Assembly: GCA_964485695.1 (NCBI GenBank)
Contig: CAZAKZ010000010.1
Span: 1,280-65,279, forward strand
Direction: 5' to 3'
Length of the DNA stretch: 64,000 nucleotides
From: an uncultured Planctomycetota bacterium
Lineage (GTDB): Bacteria; Planctomycetota; JAFGQW01
In this document: piece by piece, positions 10,378 to 20,589 of the stretch
How positions within the stretch are numbered: the stretch's first letter is position 1
Layout: every line of letters begins with the position of its first letter
Notes under the pieces: generated by a model
The model's database searches: none
What the model was told of the DNA's origin: nothing
The model's input: only the letters and a program-made list of their open reading frames with translations
Translations under genes and position numbers: made by a program

Positions 10378-11592
10378 TCACGCCCTGTCCAGGACCTCGG
10401 CATATTTTTCGGCAATCCGGAGCCACGAACAGTTTTCCTGTGCGAATTTCCTGGCGCTTTTCCCCATTTCGCCCAAGCGCTCGGGATTGGAGTGTGCCGT
10501 CCGCATGATCTCGAGACACTGTTTCCACTCGTCCTCCCCGGGCGGGGGCACGGGAAAGGTGAAGTCTTCCGGATAGTCCGCAAAGGATTCGGTGGAGGTG
10601 ACCGCCGTGGGCCGGCCGATTACAAAAACCTTGTACAGTGTCCCACTGGTGGAGCCCAGGGAGGGCCAGCGCAGGTTGAAGCAGACATCGGAGGCATTGA
10701 TGCATTCATTCACCTCCTCCATGGGGATGTAGGAATCCAGGACCTTGACCCGGTCCCCGAGGCCGAGGACCTCCACATCGGCGTCGAGGTCGTAGTCCGG
10801 ATCGCGGGGTCCCACCAGCAGGTAGAACGCGTCCGGATGTTCGGCCAGGAATGCCTTGAAGGCCCGCAGTACTGCAGTGATGCGCTTGTGGACCTGGATG
10901 GCCCCGAACGAGAGGAAAAGCAGCGTGTCCTTTCCGAAGGAAACGCCGAGTCTGTCGCTCAGAAAACGGCGGGATGCGTCCCGGGAGACCGGCGATACCG
11001 GGTGAATGCCGTGAAGGATCCTGTCCGTGGGGACCTTCGGATTCAGGAGCCGGACCTGTTCCTGCAGAAAGCGGCTGTGGACGATGACGCGCCTAGCGTT
11101 ACGGAGAATGAACCGGGTGAAGGAGAAGTAGCGGCGTTTTTCCGGATGTTCCTGATATACGGTGACCGCATCACGAAACACCTTCAAGGGATTGAGGGCG
11201 GGCCGGAACATGAGCCTTCGTGCCTCTGGGTCCAGGCTTCGAAATACCTCCATCCAGAATCTCCAGCGGTGCTGCTTGAAATACGGATGTGTGATGTCGT
11301 GCTGACAGGCGTCGTGGAGGGTCACCACGCCACCGTGCTTCACCAGGTGGGGCAACAGGAAGCTGAGTTTGGTGCTGTTGCCGACCTGGTACAGGGAGCG
11401 ATCCTCGCGACCGCGAAACTCGGTATGCGTCTTCACCTCGGCGTGGCGCCTCACCCTCTCGGGCGTCTGCCCGGCTTCGACGTAGCAGGTGATCTCGAAA
11501 TGGCGAGAGAGCGCCTCTACCAGGTCATCGGAGTAATCGGCGATACCCAGACGCCGGGGGTGAAAGATGGAAAAGACGGCGAGGGACTTCAT
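10378..11592 (-). CDS. Glycosyltransferase-like protein (divergent GT-B/GT4)
   Basis: The track ORF starts at 11646. The ATG at 11592 (MKSLAVFSIFHPRRLGIADYSDDL) forms an ATGA overlap with the stop of the upstream GT gene (11589-11592), so I prefer it. The two-Rossmann layout is typical of GT-B enzymes, but motif conservation is weaker than in its neighbours. Confidence 0.55.
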   Translation of the reverse strand: MKSLAVFSIFHPRRLGIADYSDDLVEALSRHFEITCYVEAGQTPERVRRHAEVKTHTEFRGREDRSLYQVGNSTKLSFLLPHLVKHGGVVTLHDACQHDITHPYFKQHRWRFWMEVFRSLDPEARRLMFRPALNPLKVFRDAVTVYQEHPEKRRYFSFTRFILRNARRVIVHSRFLQEQVRLLNPKVPTDRILHGIHPVSPVSRDASRRFLSDRLGVSFGKDTLLFLSFGAIQVHKRITAVLRAFKAFLAEHPDAFYLLVGPRDPDYDLDADVEVLGLGDRVKVLDSYIPMEEVNECINASDVCFNLRWPSLGSTSGTLYKVFVIGRPTAVTSTESFADYPEDFTFPVPPPGEDEWKQCLEIMRTAHSNPERLGEMGKSARKFAQENCSWLRIAEKYAEVLDRA

Positions 11593-12980
11593 CGCTCTCC
11601 GCCTCCCCCTCCTCCTGTGAGGCTGCGCACGAATGTACGGAGCCATCCGCCGGGACCGCCCTTCTCCAGTTGACGGATTCTGTGGAGGAGGTGCTCGGCA
11701 TGGATCTCTCTCTCCCGGAGATCCTCGGTCAGGTGGTGCAGGGCCGCGATCAGGTCCTCGTCCAGGGGAAGGCTCACCGGTTCCCGGCGGCCCCGCCGGT
11801 CGGCTGCCAGCACGTCCCGGTAGATCTCCTCCACCCGATCCACGTTTTTCTCGCGCGTGAAGAGCTTCACCCTGGCCCGCAGGTTCTCGGCCATACGAGC
11901 GCGCGTCTCCGGCGCCCTGAGCAGTCCCACGACCTTTCGGGCCAGGTCCCGGGGATTCCGGGGTTCGGCCAGGGCGCCTGTCTCCCCGTCCACGACCAGG
12001 TCAGGGATGCCGCCGATCCGGCTGCCGACCATTGGCAGGCCCGCCACCATGCATTCATACGCGGTGAGGGGCGAGTTCTCGCACCAGACCGAGGGGAGGA
12101 TCTTGAGGGTGGCCGACGCGTAGAAGGATTTCACCCGGTCATACGGTACCCTGGCGTGGAAGGTGACCGCTCCGCCGAGGCCCGCGCGCTCGGATCGATT
12201 CCGTAGTTCGCCGGCGCTCGTGCCGTCTCCGACCACGGTGAGGCGGGTCTCCGGCTCTTCCTCCAGGATGAGGGGCATGGCGTCGAGGAGAACGTCCACG
12301 CCTTTTTCAGGATCCACGCGTCCGAGGTAGAGAAGGCGCCTTTCCTCCCGCTCGGCCTCCGGCACTTCAAGCTTCTCCGCATCCACGTAGTTGAAGACGT
12401 GGTGGACGTTCTTGAACCCGTGCCGGGACAGAAGGTCGGCCAGGTAGTGACTCGGGCAAATCATCGCCTCCATGAAGGACTCCAGCAGTCGGTGCCGGAT
12501 CAGGGTGAGGAGCACCATCTTGGCGTCATACGGGTAGTTCCGGCCGCAGTCGTGCTCGAAGCACTTCACCCCGGCGCCTCCCTGGCACAGGGTGCCGTCG
12601 GGATGGACGCACCAGGAATTGGGACAGACGATGGAGTAGTCATGGACGGTCTGGACCACGGGTCGTTCCGAGGCGGCGAGAAGGCGGTCCACGTCGAGAG
12701 CCATGGAGTAGAGGTTATGGACGTGAATGATATCCGGGTCCATGCGTTCTATGAAACGACCGAGCGCGCCGGTGACGGCGTCGTCGCACACGAGTCGAGT
12801 GGGGTCGAAGGCGGGCCGCTCGAGGATCCGGTTCGCATCCAGGTCCACCTCCCGATCGACGCTCGTGCCGAAGCGCCCCACGACGTGCCCCCGGCGCTGC
12901 AGTTCGTCTGCAAGGCCTTGCATGTAGATCTCGGCCCCGCCGACCGGGTCGGCGTAAGCGCTCATCTGGAGGATCTTCAT
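11589..12980 (-). CDS. Glycosyltransferase, GT4 family
   Basis: N-terminus MKILQMSAYADPVGGAEIY. Donor-binding motif ILPSVWCENSPLTAYECMVAGLPMVGSRIGGIPDLV. Cys-rich insertion HDYSIVCPNSWCVHPDGTLCQGGAGVKCFEHDC. Confidence 0.8.
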   Translation of the reverse strand: MKILQMSAYADPVGGAEIYMQGLADELQRRGHVVGRFGTSVDREVDLDANRILERPAFDPTRLVCDDAVTGALGRFIERMDPDIIHVHNLYSMALDVDRLLAASERPVVQTVHDYSIVCPNSWCVHPDGTLCQGGAGVKCFEHDCGRNYPYDAKMVLLTLIRHRLLESFMEAMICPSHYLADLLSRHGFKNVHHVFNYVDAEKLEVPEAEREERRLLYLGRVDPEKGVDVLLDAMPLILEEEPETRLTVVGDGTSAGELRNRSERAGLGGAVTFHARVPYDRVKSFYASATLKILPSVWCENSPLTAYECMVAGLPMVGSRIGGIPDLVVDGETGALAEPRNPRDLARKVVGLLRAPETRARMAENLRARVKLFTREKNVDRVEEIYRDVLAADRRGRREPVSLPLDEDLIAALHHLTEDLREREIHAEHLLHRIRQLEKGGPGGWLRTFVRSLTGGGGGGER

Positions 12981-13125
12981 GCGCTCAGGTCCTTGATGGC
13001 AATTAGGAAGTCAGAAGCTGAGATTTTCATCGGCTCGAAAGGGCCCCCAGCAGTATAGTCCCTGTCGTCAGGGCCCAGGGTGTCGATTTTTCGCCCAAAT
13101 GGCCGGTCATGATTGTCCGGGATGT

Positions 13126-14292
13126 TCAATGTCCGGCCGCCAGTTCCTCGTAGAATTTCACGAGGCTCCGGGCAATGGCGTCCCAGCCGTACGACCGGTG
13201 CACCGCCTCGTAACCTCCCGCGGCGATACGCTCGGCCTCGTCGGCGTTCTCGAGAAGTCTCAAGGTTCGAAGGGCGAAGTCTTCGGCGTTTTTCGCCAGG
13301 CTGATGTGCTCCCCGTCTTTGACCCGCAGGCCCTCGGCGCCGGGGGGGGTGGAGACGACCGGTTTCCGCATGGCCATGGCTTCGAGGATCTTGAGGCGCG
13401 TTCCTTCGCCGATGCGGATGGGCACGATGACGGCACTGGCGTCCCGGATGTAGGGGCGCACGTCGGCCACACTGCCCGTGATGGTGACACCGGGCTGCTC
13501 GGCCAGTTCCAGCACCGAATCGGTCGGGCGGTGGCCCACGAAGAGGACCTCCACGTCGGGGGCCTGCTCCCGGATCCTCGGCCAGACCTCCTCCACGAAG
13601 AAACGGGCGCCGTCTACGTTGGGCTCGTAGTCCATGGAACCGGTGAACACGAGGGTGCGGCGTTCACCGGCGGAAGGGGCGGGCTTGAAGTAATCGAGGT
13701 CCACGCCGTTTGGCACCACCCGATAGTTGATCTTGCCGGTGAGGATCCGGAGGCGGTTGGCGTCCACCTCGGAGCAGAGCACGTGGCCATTGAATATCTT
13801 CTTTGCCCTTTTCTCCTGACGCACCATCTTCACGAGGTCGCTCTGCCATTTGAAGCTCTTGAGGCGGCCGTCCGACTCATACAGGGCGCGGTAAAAGAAC
13901 GTGTCGATCTTCTGGCGGCCGAGAATCTTTGGGGTGCGGGTTCGCGGCAGGACATCCAGGAGGCATAGTTCCTCCACGTGAATCACGTCGATGCCGGGCC
14001 GGGAAAGTTGCTCCTGGAGGCGTTTTTCAAGGCCGGGTGAGTGAAAGTGGCGGAAGAAGTCGGGTCGCATCTTTTTCCGGAGCCAGCCCATGGGTTCGAC
14101 CGGGAAGACCTCAACTGACCTGAGGAATTGAGAGAAGTGAGCCCTCATCTTTTCCAGGTCGGTGACATCCGCCAGTGTGAAGAGGACGACGTCGTGGTGG
14201 CGCGCAACTTCCCGGATGAGGTTGTAGCTCCGGATCTTACCACCGGCCTCCGGTGGATAGGGAGGGTAAGGCGTGATGAAAAGGATGTTCAT
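13126..14292 (-). CDS. Glycosyltransferase, GT4 family
   Basis: N-terminus MNILFITPYPPYPPEAGGKIRSYNL. Donor-binding motif VPIRIGEGTRLKILEAMAMRKPVVST. Its start overlaps the upstream gene stop by 4 nt (14289-14292). Confidence 0.8.
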   Translation of the reverse strand: MNILFITPYPPYPPEAGGKIRSYNLIREVARHHDVVLFTLADVTDLEKMRAHFSQFLRSVEVFPVEPMGWLRKKMRPDFFRHFHSPGLEKRLQEQLSRPGIDVIHVEELCLLDVLPRTRTPKILGRQKIDTFFYRALYESDGRLKSFKWQSDLVKMVRQEKRAKKIFNGHVLCSEVDANRLRILTGKINYRVVPNGVDLDYFKPAPSAGERRTLVFTGSMDYEPNVDGARFFVEEVWPRIREQAPDVEVLFVGHRPTDSVLELAEQPGVTITGSVADVRPYIRDASAVIVPIRIGEGTRLKILEAMAMRKPVVSTPPGAEGLRVKDGEHISLAKNAEDFALRTLRLLENADEAERIAAGGYEAVHRSYGWDAIARSLVKFYEELAAGH

Positions 14293-16022
14293 GGAGAATG
14301 GTCGAGCTGTCGATTCATTTCCTCGGTCGAGAGTGGGGTAATCATGACAGGTATCCCGGCGGATTCAAGCCGCAACCGCAGCTTGTCGCCGGGGTCGCCC
14401 CCTTCGAGGAAGACGGCAAGGTCCGGTCCGCCGGCGTCGAGGAGGGCGTCCATGGATTCCCGGCTCTCGACCGGCAGGACAGCCCCCTCCAGGTCGAGGC
14501 GTTTCAGATAGTCCGCCAGAGGTGCGGTGAGGTCGCCTGACTCGCCGAGGTGGTAGACCTCGGGCCGCGGCCGGCGTTGTCCCGCCACGAGGGCGTTGCC
14601 GAGGGCCTCGGCGAATCCCGCCCGGGAATCCGCTGGACCACACAGGAGGATGCTCAGCGGAGAATCCCCGCCGGCCGGTTCCGCCTGTCGTTTCAAGGCG
14701 TCCTCGTACAGCCCTTCGTACCGGCCGACATGTTCCTCCATTCCGAGCACCGGCTCGATGCCGGCTTCCAGGCGGTGAAGCAGGTCCGGTTCCCGGAGGA
14801 GCCGCACCAGGACCCGGGCCAACGCTTCCGGTTTTCCAGCCTCGTAGAGCAGGCCGTCGCGGCCCTCGCGGATCGCCTCGGGGATGGCACCGAGGTCCGG
14901 TGCCACCACAGGAACGCCTGCAGCGAAGGATTCCCGGATCACGATGGGGTAGTTCTCGTACCAGATGCTGGGCATGGCCACCACGTGGTGGGCCCCGAGG
15001 AGGGCGGGGAGATCACCCCGGTCGTATCGGCCTCCGAATCGGATGCGGGGATTCTCCACGAGGGACCGGATGTAGGCGTCGTATCGGGTGTCCGGGCCGG
15101 TGCCGTAGATGCTCACCTCGATGGGGAGATCCTGGAGTCGGTTGGCGGCCTCGATGAGGACGTGGACGCCCTTGTGCTTGTTGATGGTGCCGAGGTAGAG
15201 GACCCTGAGGGGTGGCGGGGCGGGCGGCCGATCCACCGGCTTCAGGGCATTCGTCTCGATGCCGTTGGGAAGGTGGCGGATATGGCCCGGGGCCAGGCCG
15301 TGGTTCTCGAGGATGTCCTTCAGGAATCGAGAGGGGGAGGCCAGGCCGTCAGCCACGTCCAGGCGGTCACGCATGAAGCGGCGGATGAGGCCGATGCGCA
15401 AGGTGGACACGGCTGAATCCGGGGTCGCACCGGCCCGGTAGATGCCCTGGAGGGCCGCCCATCTGTCGGATGCCATCATGGGTTCGAGCATTCCGGCAAT
15501 GTAGTAGGTGCCGGCTTCCTCCCGGTTGAGGAAGCTGGTGGCCGTCTCGCACCGCGTGCAGGCCGTGAGGTTTCCCGGCGAGGGGCAGAGGGTGAGGTCT
15601 CGCTGGACCAGGGTGATGACGGGGCAGAGAAACCAGTAGTCGTGGAGGGTCAATACCGTGGGAATCCCGCGCGACTTGCAGGCATCCAGCAGCGTTGTGG
15701 AGAGCTTGATGAGGTGCTGGAAGTGAACGAGATCGGGACGGATTCGGTCCAGGAAAGAACCGAAGCGTTCAGCGACCTCCGGATGCCGGACCTCCAGGAT
15801 AGGGTCGTAGTCCGTGAAGTTATTGACGAGAAACGTGACTGGAATTCCGTCCAGGTCCTCCTCGAGGAAGGAGAGGTCGTCCCGATCGGGCAGGTGCCGG
15901 GTGGAGAAGACCCGGACCGTGTGACGACTCGCCAGGGTGCGGGCAAACCACCGCGTGTAGACCTCGACGCCGGCGAGGGAATGGGGAGGATAGCCGTGAG
16001 CGACCTGGAGGATTTTCATCAC
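14289..16022 (-). CDS. Glycosyltransferase, GT4 family, with a C-terminal extension of about 130 aa of unknown function
   Basis: N-terminus MMKILQVAHGYPPHSLAGVEVY. Donor-binding motif AMPSIWYENYPIVIRESFAAGVPVVAPDLGAIPE. Cys-rich insertion HDYWFLCPVITLVQRDLTLCPSPGNLTACTRC. First gene of the minus-strand cluster. Confidence 0.8.
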   Translation of the reverse strand: MMKILQVAHGYPPHSLAGVEVYTRWFARTLASRHTVRVFSTRHLPDRDDLSFLEEDLDGIPVTFLVNNFTDYDPILEVRHPEVAERFGSFLDRIRPDLVHFQHLIKLSTTLLDACKSRGIPTVLTLHDYWFLCPVITLVQRDLTLCPSPGNLTACTRCETATSFLNREEAGTYYIAGMLEPMMASDRWAALQGIYRAGATPDSAVSTLRIGLIRRFMRDRLDVADGLASPSRFLKDILENHGLAPGHIRHLPNGIETNALKPVDRPPAPPPLRVLYLGTINKHKGVHVLIEAANRLQDLPIEVSIYGTGPDTRYDAYIRSLVENPRIRFGGRYDRGDLPALLGAHHVVAMPSIWYENYPIVIRESFAAGVPVVAPDLGAIPEAIREGRDGLLYEAGKPEALARVLVRLLREPDLLHRLEAGIEPVLGMEEHVGRYEGLYEDALKRQAEPAGGDSPLSILLCGPADSRAGFAEALGNALVAGQRRPRPEVYHLGESGDLTAPLADYLKRLDLEGAVLPVESRESMDALLDAGGPDLAVFLEGGDPGDKLRLRLESAGIPVMITPLSTEEMNRQLDHSP

Positions 16023-16071
16023 TACTTGGGGATAGACACCTATTAGGCCAAAGAATTCTCGTCAGCAGGAT

Positions 16072-16077
16072 ATTATA
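16072..16077 (-). promoter_or_regulatory. Candidate -10 box (TATAAT on the minus strand) upstream of the glycosyltransferase cluster
   Basis: Plus-strand ATTATA at 16072-16077 reads TATAAT on the minus strand, about 50 nt upstream of the ATG at 16022. No good -35 is present. Promoter rules for this lineage are unknown. Confidence 0.25.
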
Positions 16078-16115
16078 TTCCCGAAGATATCCGTCCGTCT
16101 TTTTGAAAAATTGTA

Positions 16116-17066
16116 TCAGCCGCGTGGATTGAAGGTGGATTGCTCCTGCAACTCCTCGAAGAGCTTGCGCTCTCTGGACGAAAGCTTCTCCGGCACGACG
16201 ATTTTCATGACGGCGTAGAGGTGGCCTCTTTCGGACTTCGAGACGGGCAGGCCGCGCCCCCTCAGACGCAGTTTCTGGCCGCTCTGAGCGCCCGCCTTGA
16301 CCGTGAGGGTGACCGGGTCGTCGGGCGTGGGTACCTCCACCTTGGCACCCAGCGCGGCTTCCCAGGGAGCGATCTTGACGTCCATTTCCAGGTCGTGGTC
16401 GCGTATACGATAGATGGAATGTGGCGCGAAGTTCACCTTGAGAAATAGATCACCGCGCGGGCCGCTCCCCATGCCGGGGCCACCTTGGCCGGCCAGACGG
16501 ATACGGGTCCCGTGGGAGACCCCGGCAGGGATTTTCACCTCGTAGTTCCGGGTGCCCGCAGTGCCTGGTTCGCCTGATTGCAGGGTGATCTGCTTCGTGG
16601 GCGTCTGGATGGCCTCTTCCACCGTGATGGTGATGGCGGCTTCCTGATCCCGGCCGCGCATCCCACCATGGGCCCGGCCACGCCGGCCTCCCATGAAGGG
16701 GCTTTCTCCAAGGCCGCCGAACAAGGATTCGAAGAAGTCGCTGAATCCGCTTCCGCCGAAGGAGCCGCTGTCCCCCCCGAAGATGCCTTCCCAGCCGGGT
16801 GGCGGGGTGAACTCCTGGCCGTGCTGCCAGTTGGGACCGAGGGTGTCGTACTGCTTGCGCTTCTGGGGATCCTTGAGGACCTCGTATGCCTCGTTGACCT
16901 GCTTGAACTTCTCCTCTGCTTTCGGTGCCTTGTTGACGTCGGGATGGAATTTCCGGGCCAGGCGGCGGAAGGATTTTTTGATCTCATCGGCCGAGGCGGT
17001 GCGCGGGACCTCGAGGATCTCGTAGTAATCCCTGAATTTTACGCCCATGTCTTTGATCGTCTCCAT
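16116..17066 (-). CDS. cbpA: J-domain co-chaperone of the CbpA/DnaJ class II type (no zinc-finger domain)
   Basis: J domain [34 protein letters not shown] with HPD, a G/F-rich linker ([22 protein letters not shown]) and DnaJ C-terminal beta domains. No CxxCxGxG repeats are present. An alternative start is ATG 17048 ([11 protein letters not shown]). Confidence 0.85.
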   Translation of the reverse strand: METIKDMGVKFRDYYEILEVPRTASADEIKKSFRRLARKFHPDVNKAPKAEEKFKQVNEAYEVLKDPQKRKQYDTLGPNWQHGQEFTPPPGWEGIFGGDSGSFGGSGFSDFFESLFGGLGESPFMGGRRGRAHGGMRGRDQEAAITITVEEAIQTPTKQITLQSGEPGTAGTRNYEVKIPAGVSHGTRIRLAGQGGPGMGSGPRGDLFLKVNFAPHSIYRIRDHDLEMDVKIAPWEAALGAKVEVPTPDDPVTLTVKAGAQSGQKLRLRGRGLPVSKSERGHLYAVMKIVVPEKLSSRERKLFEELQEQSTFNPRG

Positions 17067-17163
17067 GTGTTGTCGATCAGGCTAAGAGAGTAGCCGCACC
17101 TCGCACCTGAATCAAGGTATATAGGCCGACGGCTACCCGTCGTGACGGCCGGTATACATGAAT

Positions 17164-17197
17164 AACGGGGCCCTGGCCGAATAGCCGGAACCCCGTT
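17164..17197 (-). other. Intra-operon GC-rich hairpin between dnaK and the J-protein gene
   Basis: AACGGGG (17164-17170) pairs with CCCCGTT (17191-17197), and there is additional internal pairing. It lies 23 nt downstream of the dnaK stop. It could be an attenuator or a processing site. No clear U-tract is present on the minus strand. Confidence 0.35.
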
Positions 17198-17219
17198 TCT
17201 TCTGGAACGACGCGGGCCT

Positions 17220-19139
<1,920 letters not shown>

Positions 19140-19256
19140 GGTATTTCTCCTTTCCCGCTCGCCCCTCGTGCCAGACTCCGGGCAGCGGCAATCATCGTGG
19201 TTATAAGGGACCCGGAGCGGTCAGGATCGACCGCCCCGGGTCGGGAGGTTTGATAT

Positions 19257-19649
19257 TCAACCGTTAGCCTTGATCTCGATCACCCTCGGCCTCGCCTTTT
19301 CCGCCAGGGGCAGGTGCAGGGTCAAAACTCCGTTCACGAGTTGCGCCGAGATTCCCTCCGCGTCGACCCGATCACCGACCCGAAAGCGTCTGAGGTAGGT
19401 GGCAGGGCCGAACTCCTGGTGGAAGGGGCGGCCGGCTCGGCCTGTGCGGGCCTCTGCCTGGAGCGTAAGAACGCCCTGGTCCACCTGGATGCTGAGGTCT
19501 CCTCTGGAGGCGCCGGGGAGATCGGCCTCGATTATCCATCCGTTTTCGATCTCATAGAGGTCGGCATCGGCCGATACGTAGAACTTCTTTTTCTCTTCCA
19601 CGGGAGCGCAGGTCGAGGTCGTCGAGAGGCTTTCGTTCTTCTCTTTCAT
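19257..19649 (-). CDS. Small heat-shock protein, Hsp20/alpha-crystallin family
   Basis: Alpha-crystallin domain: YEIENGWIIEADLPGASRGDLSIQVDQGVLTLQAE...GVLTLHLPLAEKARPRVIEIK. Confidence 0.85.
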   Translation of the reverse strand: MKEKNESLSTTSTCAPVEEKKKFYVSADADLYEIENGWIIEADLPGASRGDLSIQVDQGVLTLQAEARTGRAGRPFHQEFGPATYLRRFRVGDRVDAEGISAQLVNGVLTLHLPLAEKARPRVIEIKANG

Positions 19650-19705
19650 GATTCTATTCCAATCTTTCTATTTTCGGGTTGAAGGGATTCTCCGCAGATC
19701 CGCCG

Positions 19706-20128
19706 TCATTTGACCTTGACTTCGATCTGGCGCGGCTTGGCCTCCTCCGCTTTGGGAAGCGTGACGGTGAGAATGCCGTTTTCGTATTCGGCCTGAATGG
19801 CATCCCGGTCCACGTGTCCGGACAGTCGGATCTTCCGGGCGAAGGAACCGAAGGAACGCTCGGCCTGGATGACCTTGTCCATGCCCTCGGGCGCTGACCG
19901 CTCTCCCTCGATGGTCAGGAGATTGTCCTCCACCTTGATGTTGAGGGAATCGGGGGAAATGCCGGGCACGGCCGCCTCGAGAACGAACCGGTCGCCGTCT
20001 TCGTAGAGGTTGAGGCGCGGAGGGGCGTCTGCGATTCGCCTGCTGTTGAACCAGGGGCCGGAAACCTCTCCCAGGGTCAATCGGCTCAGGTCATTGAAGG
20101 ATCTGTGGAAGTCATTATTGAACAGCAT
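19706..20128 (-). CDS. Small heat-shock protein, Hsp20/alpha-crystallin family
   Basis: Alpha-crystallin domain: LYEDGDRFVLEAAVPGISPDSLNIKVEDNLLTIEGER...NGILTVTLPKAEEAKPRQIEVK. GAGGAG RBS 9 nt upstream of the ATG. Confidence 0.85.
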   Translation of the reverse strand: MLFNNDFHRSFNDLSRLTLGEVSGPWFNSRRIADAPPRLNLYEDGDRFVLEAAVPGISPDSLNIKVEDNLLTIEGERSAPEGMDKVIQAERSFGSFARKIRLSGHVDRDAIQAEYENGILTVTLPKAEEAKPRQIEVKVK

Positions 20129-20190
20129 TGTGTTCTCCTCTCTTTGTTTATCTTGTGATTTCGTGGCTCATTGTCGGTGACCAGGAAAAA

Positions 20191-20205
20191 GCAAGGGATG
20201 TGCCA
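20191..20205 (-). promoter_or_regulatory. Sigma54 (RpoN) -24/-12 promoter of the Hsp20-Hsp20-dnaK-cbpA operon
   Basis: The minus strand reads TGGCACATCCCTTGC(T), matching every conserved position of TGGCAC-N5-TTGCW. The -12 GC lies 62 nt upstream of the Hsp20 ATG at 20128. Confidence 0.7.
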
Positions 20206-20235
20206 AACGAAAAAACGGGCGGTTTTCGGTGAATT

Positions 20236-20299
20236 TGCGACGGTTATCCGGAGATGCGGCCGGAGGTGCTACGCCCCGGCCGTCGCATGCGACGTCGCA
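20236..20299. promoter_or_regulatory. Candidate enhancer (UAS) made of TGCGAC/GTCGCA half-sites
   Basis: GTCGCATGCGACGTCGCA at 20282-20299 contains two overlapping perfect 12-bp palindromes (GTCGCATGCGAC and TGCGACGTCGCA). A further TGCGAC lies at 20236-20241. The palindrome centre is about 87 bp upstream of the -24 GG. Confidence 0.35.
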
Positions 20300-20589
20300 G
20301 GCCTGGCTTGGCAGCCTGAGTTATTTGATCAGAAGATCCTCCGGGAAAGATATGCAGTGAGGCCGGGGAAAGCACTGTAACCGTAGCGGCAGGAAGACAA
20401 TAAACGTGTTTCGGGCCGCGGGCGATTTCCGTCCCGCAGAACTGAAAACACCACGATCCTCCATGACTTAGGCAGTGTTCACGGCTTGTCGATAAAAATA
20501 TATGTATGCATGAAAGCCCGAGTAAGACGTCGGTCCGAGGTGGGCTTCGGTCTTGAATCCACGGTATTCGTGGGGGCGACCTGCGGAGG

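Noticed and set aside
19140-19256. TGGCACGAGGGGCGAGC on the minus strand upstream of dnaK as a second sigma54 promoter
   Set aside because: The -24 half is perfect, but no GC dinucleotide or TTGC lies at the required -12 position.
20129-20589. Search for a CIRCE or HAIR heat-shock operator and for small ORFs (20171-20380 plus strand, 20244-20705 minus strand) upstream of the chaperone operon
   Set aside because: No TTAGCACTC-N9-GAGTGCTAA-like inverted repeat was found. The small ORFs lack an RBS and have non-coding-like composition. The AT-rich patch at 20491-20515 gave no properly spaced -35/-10 pair.
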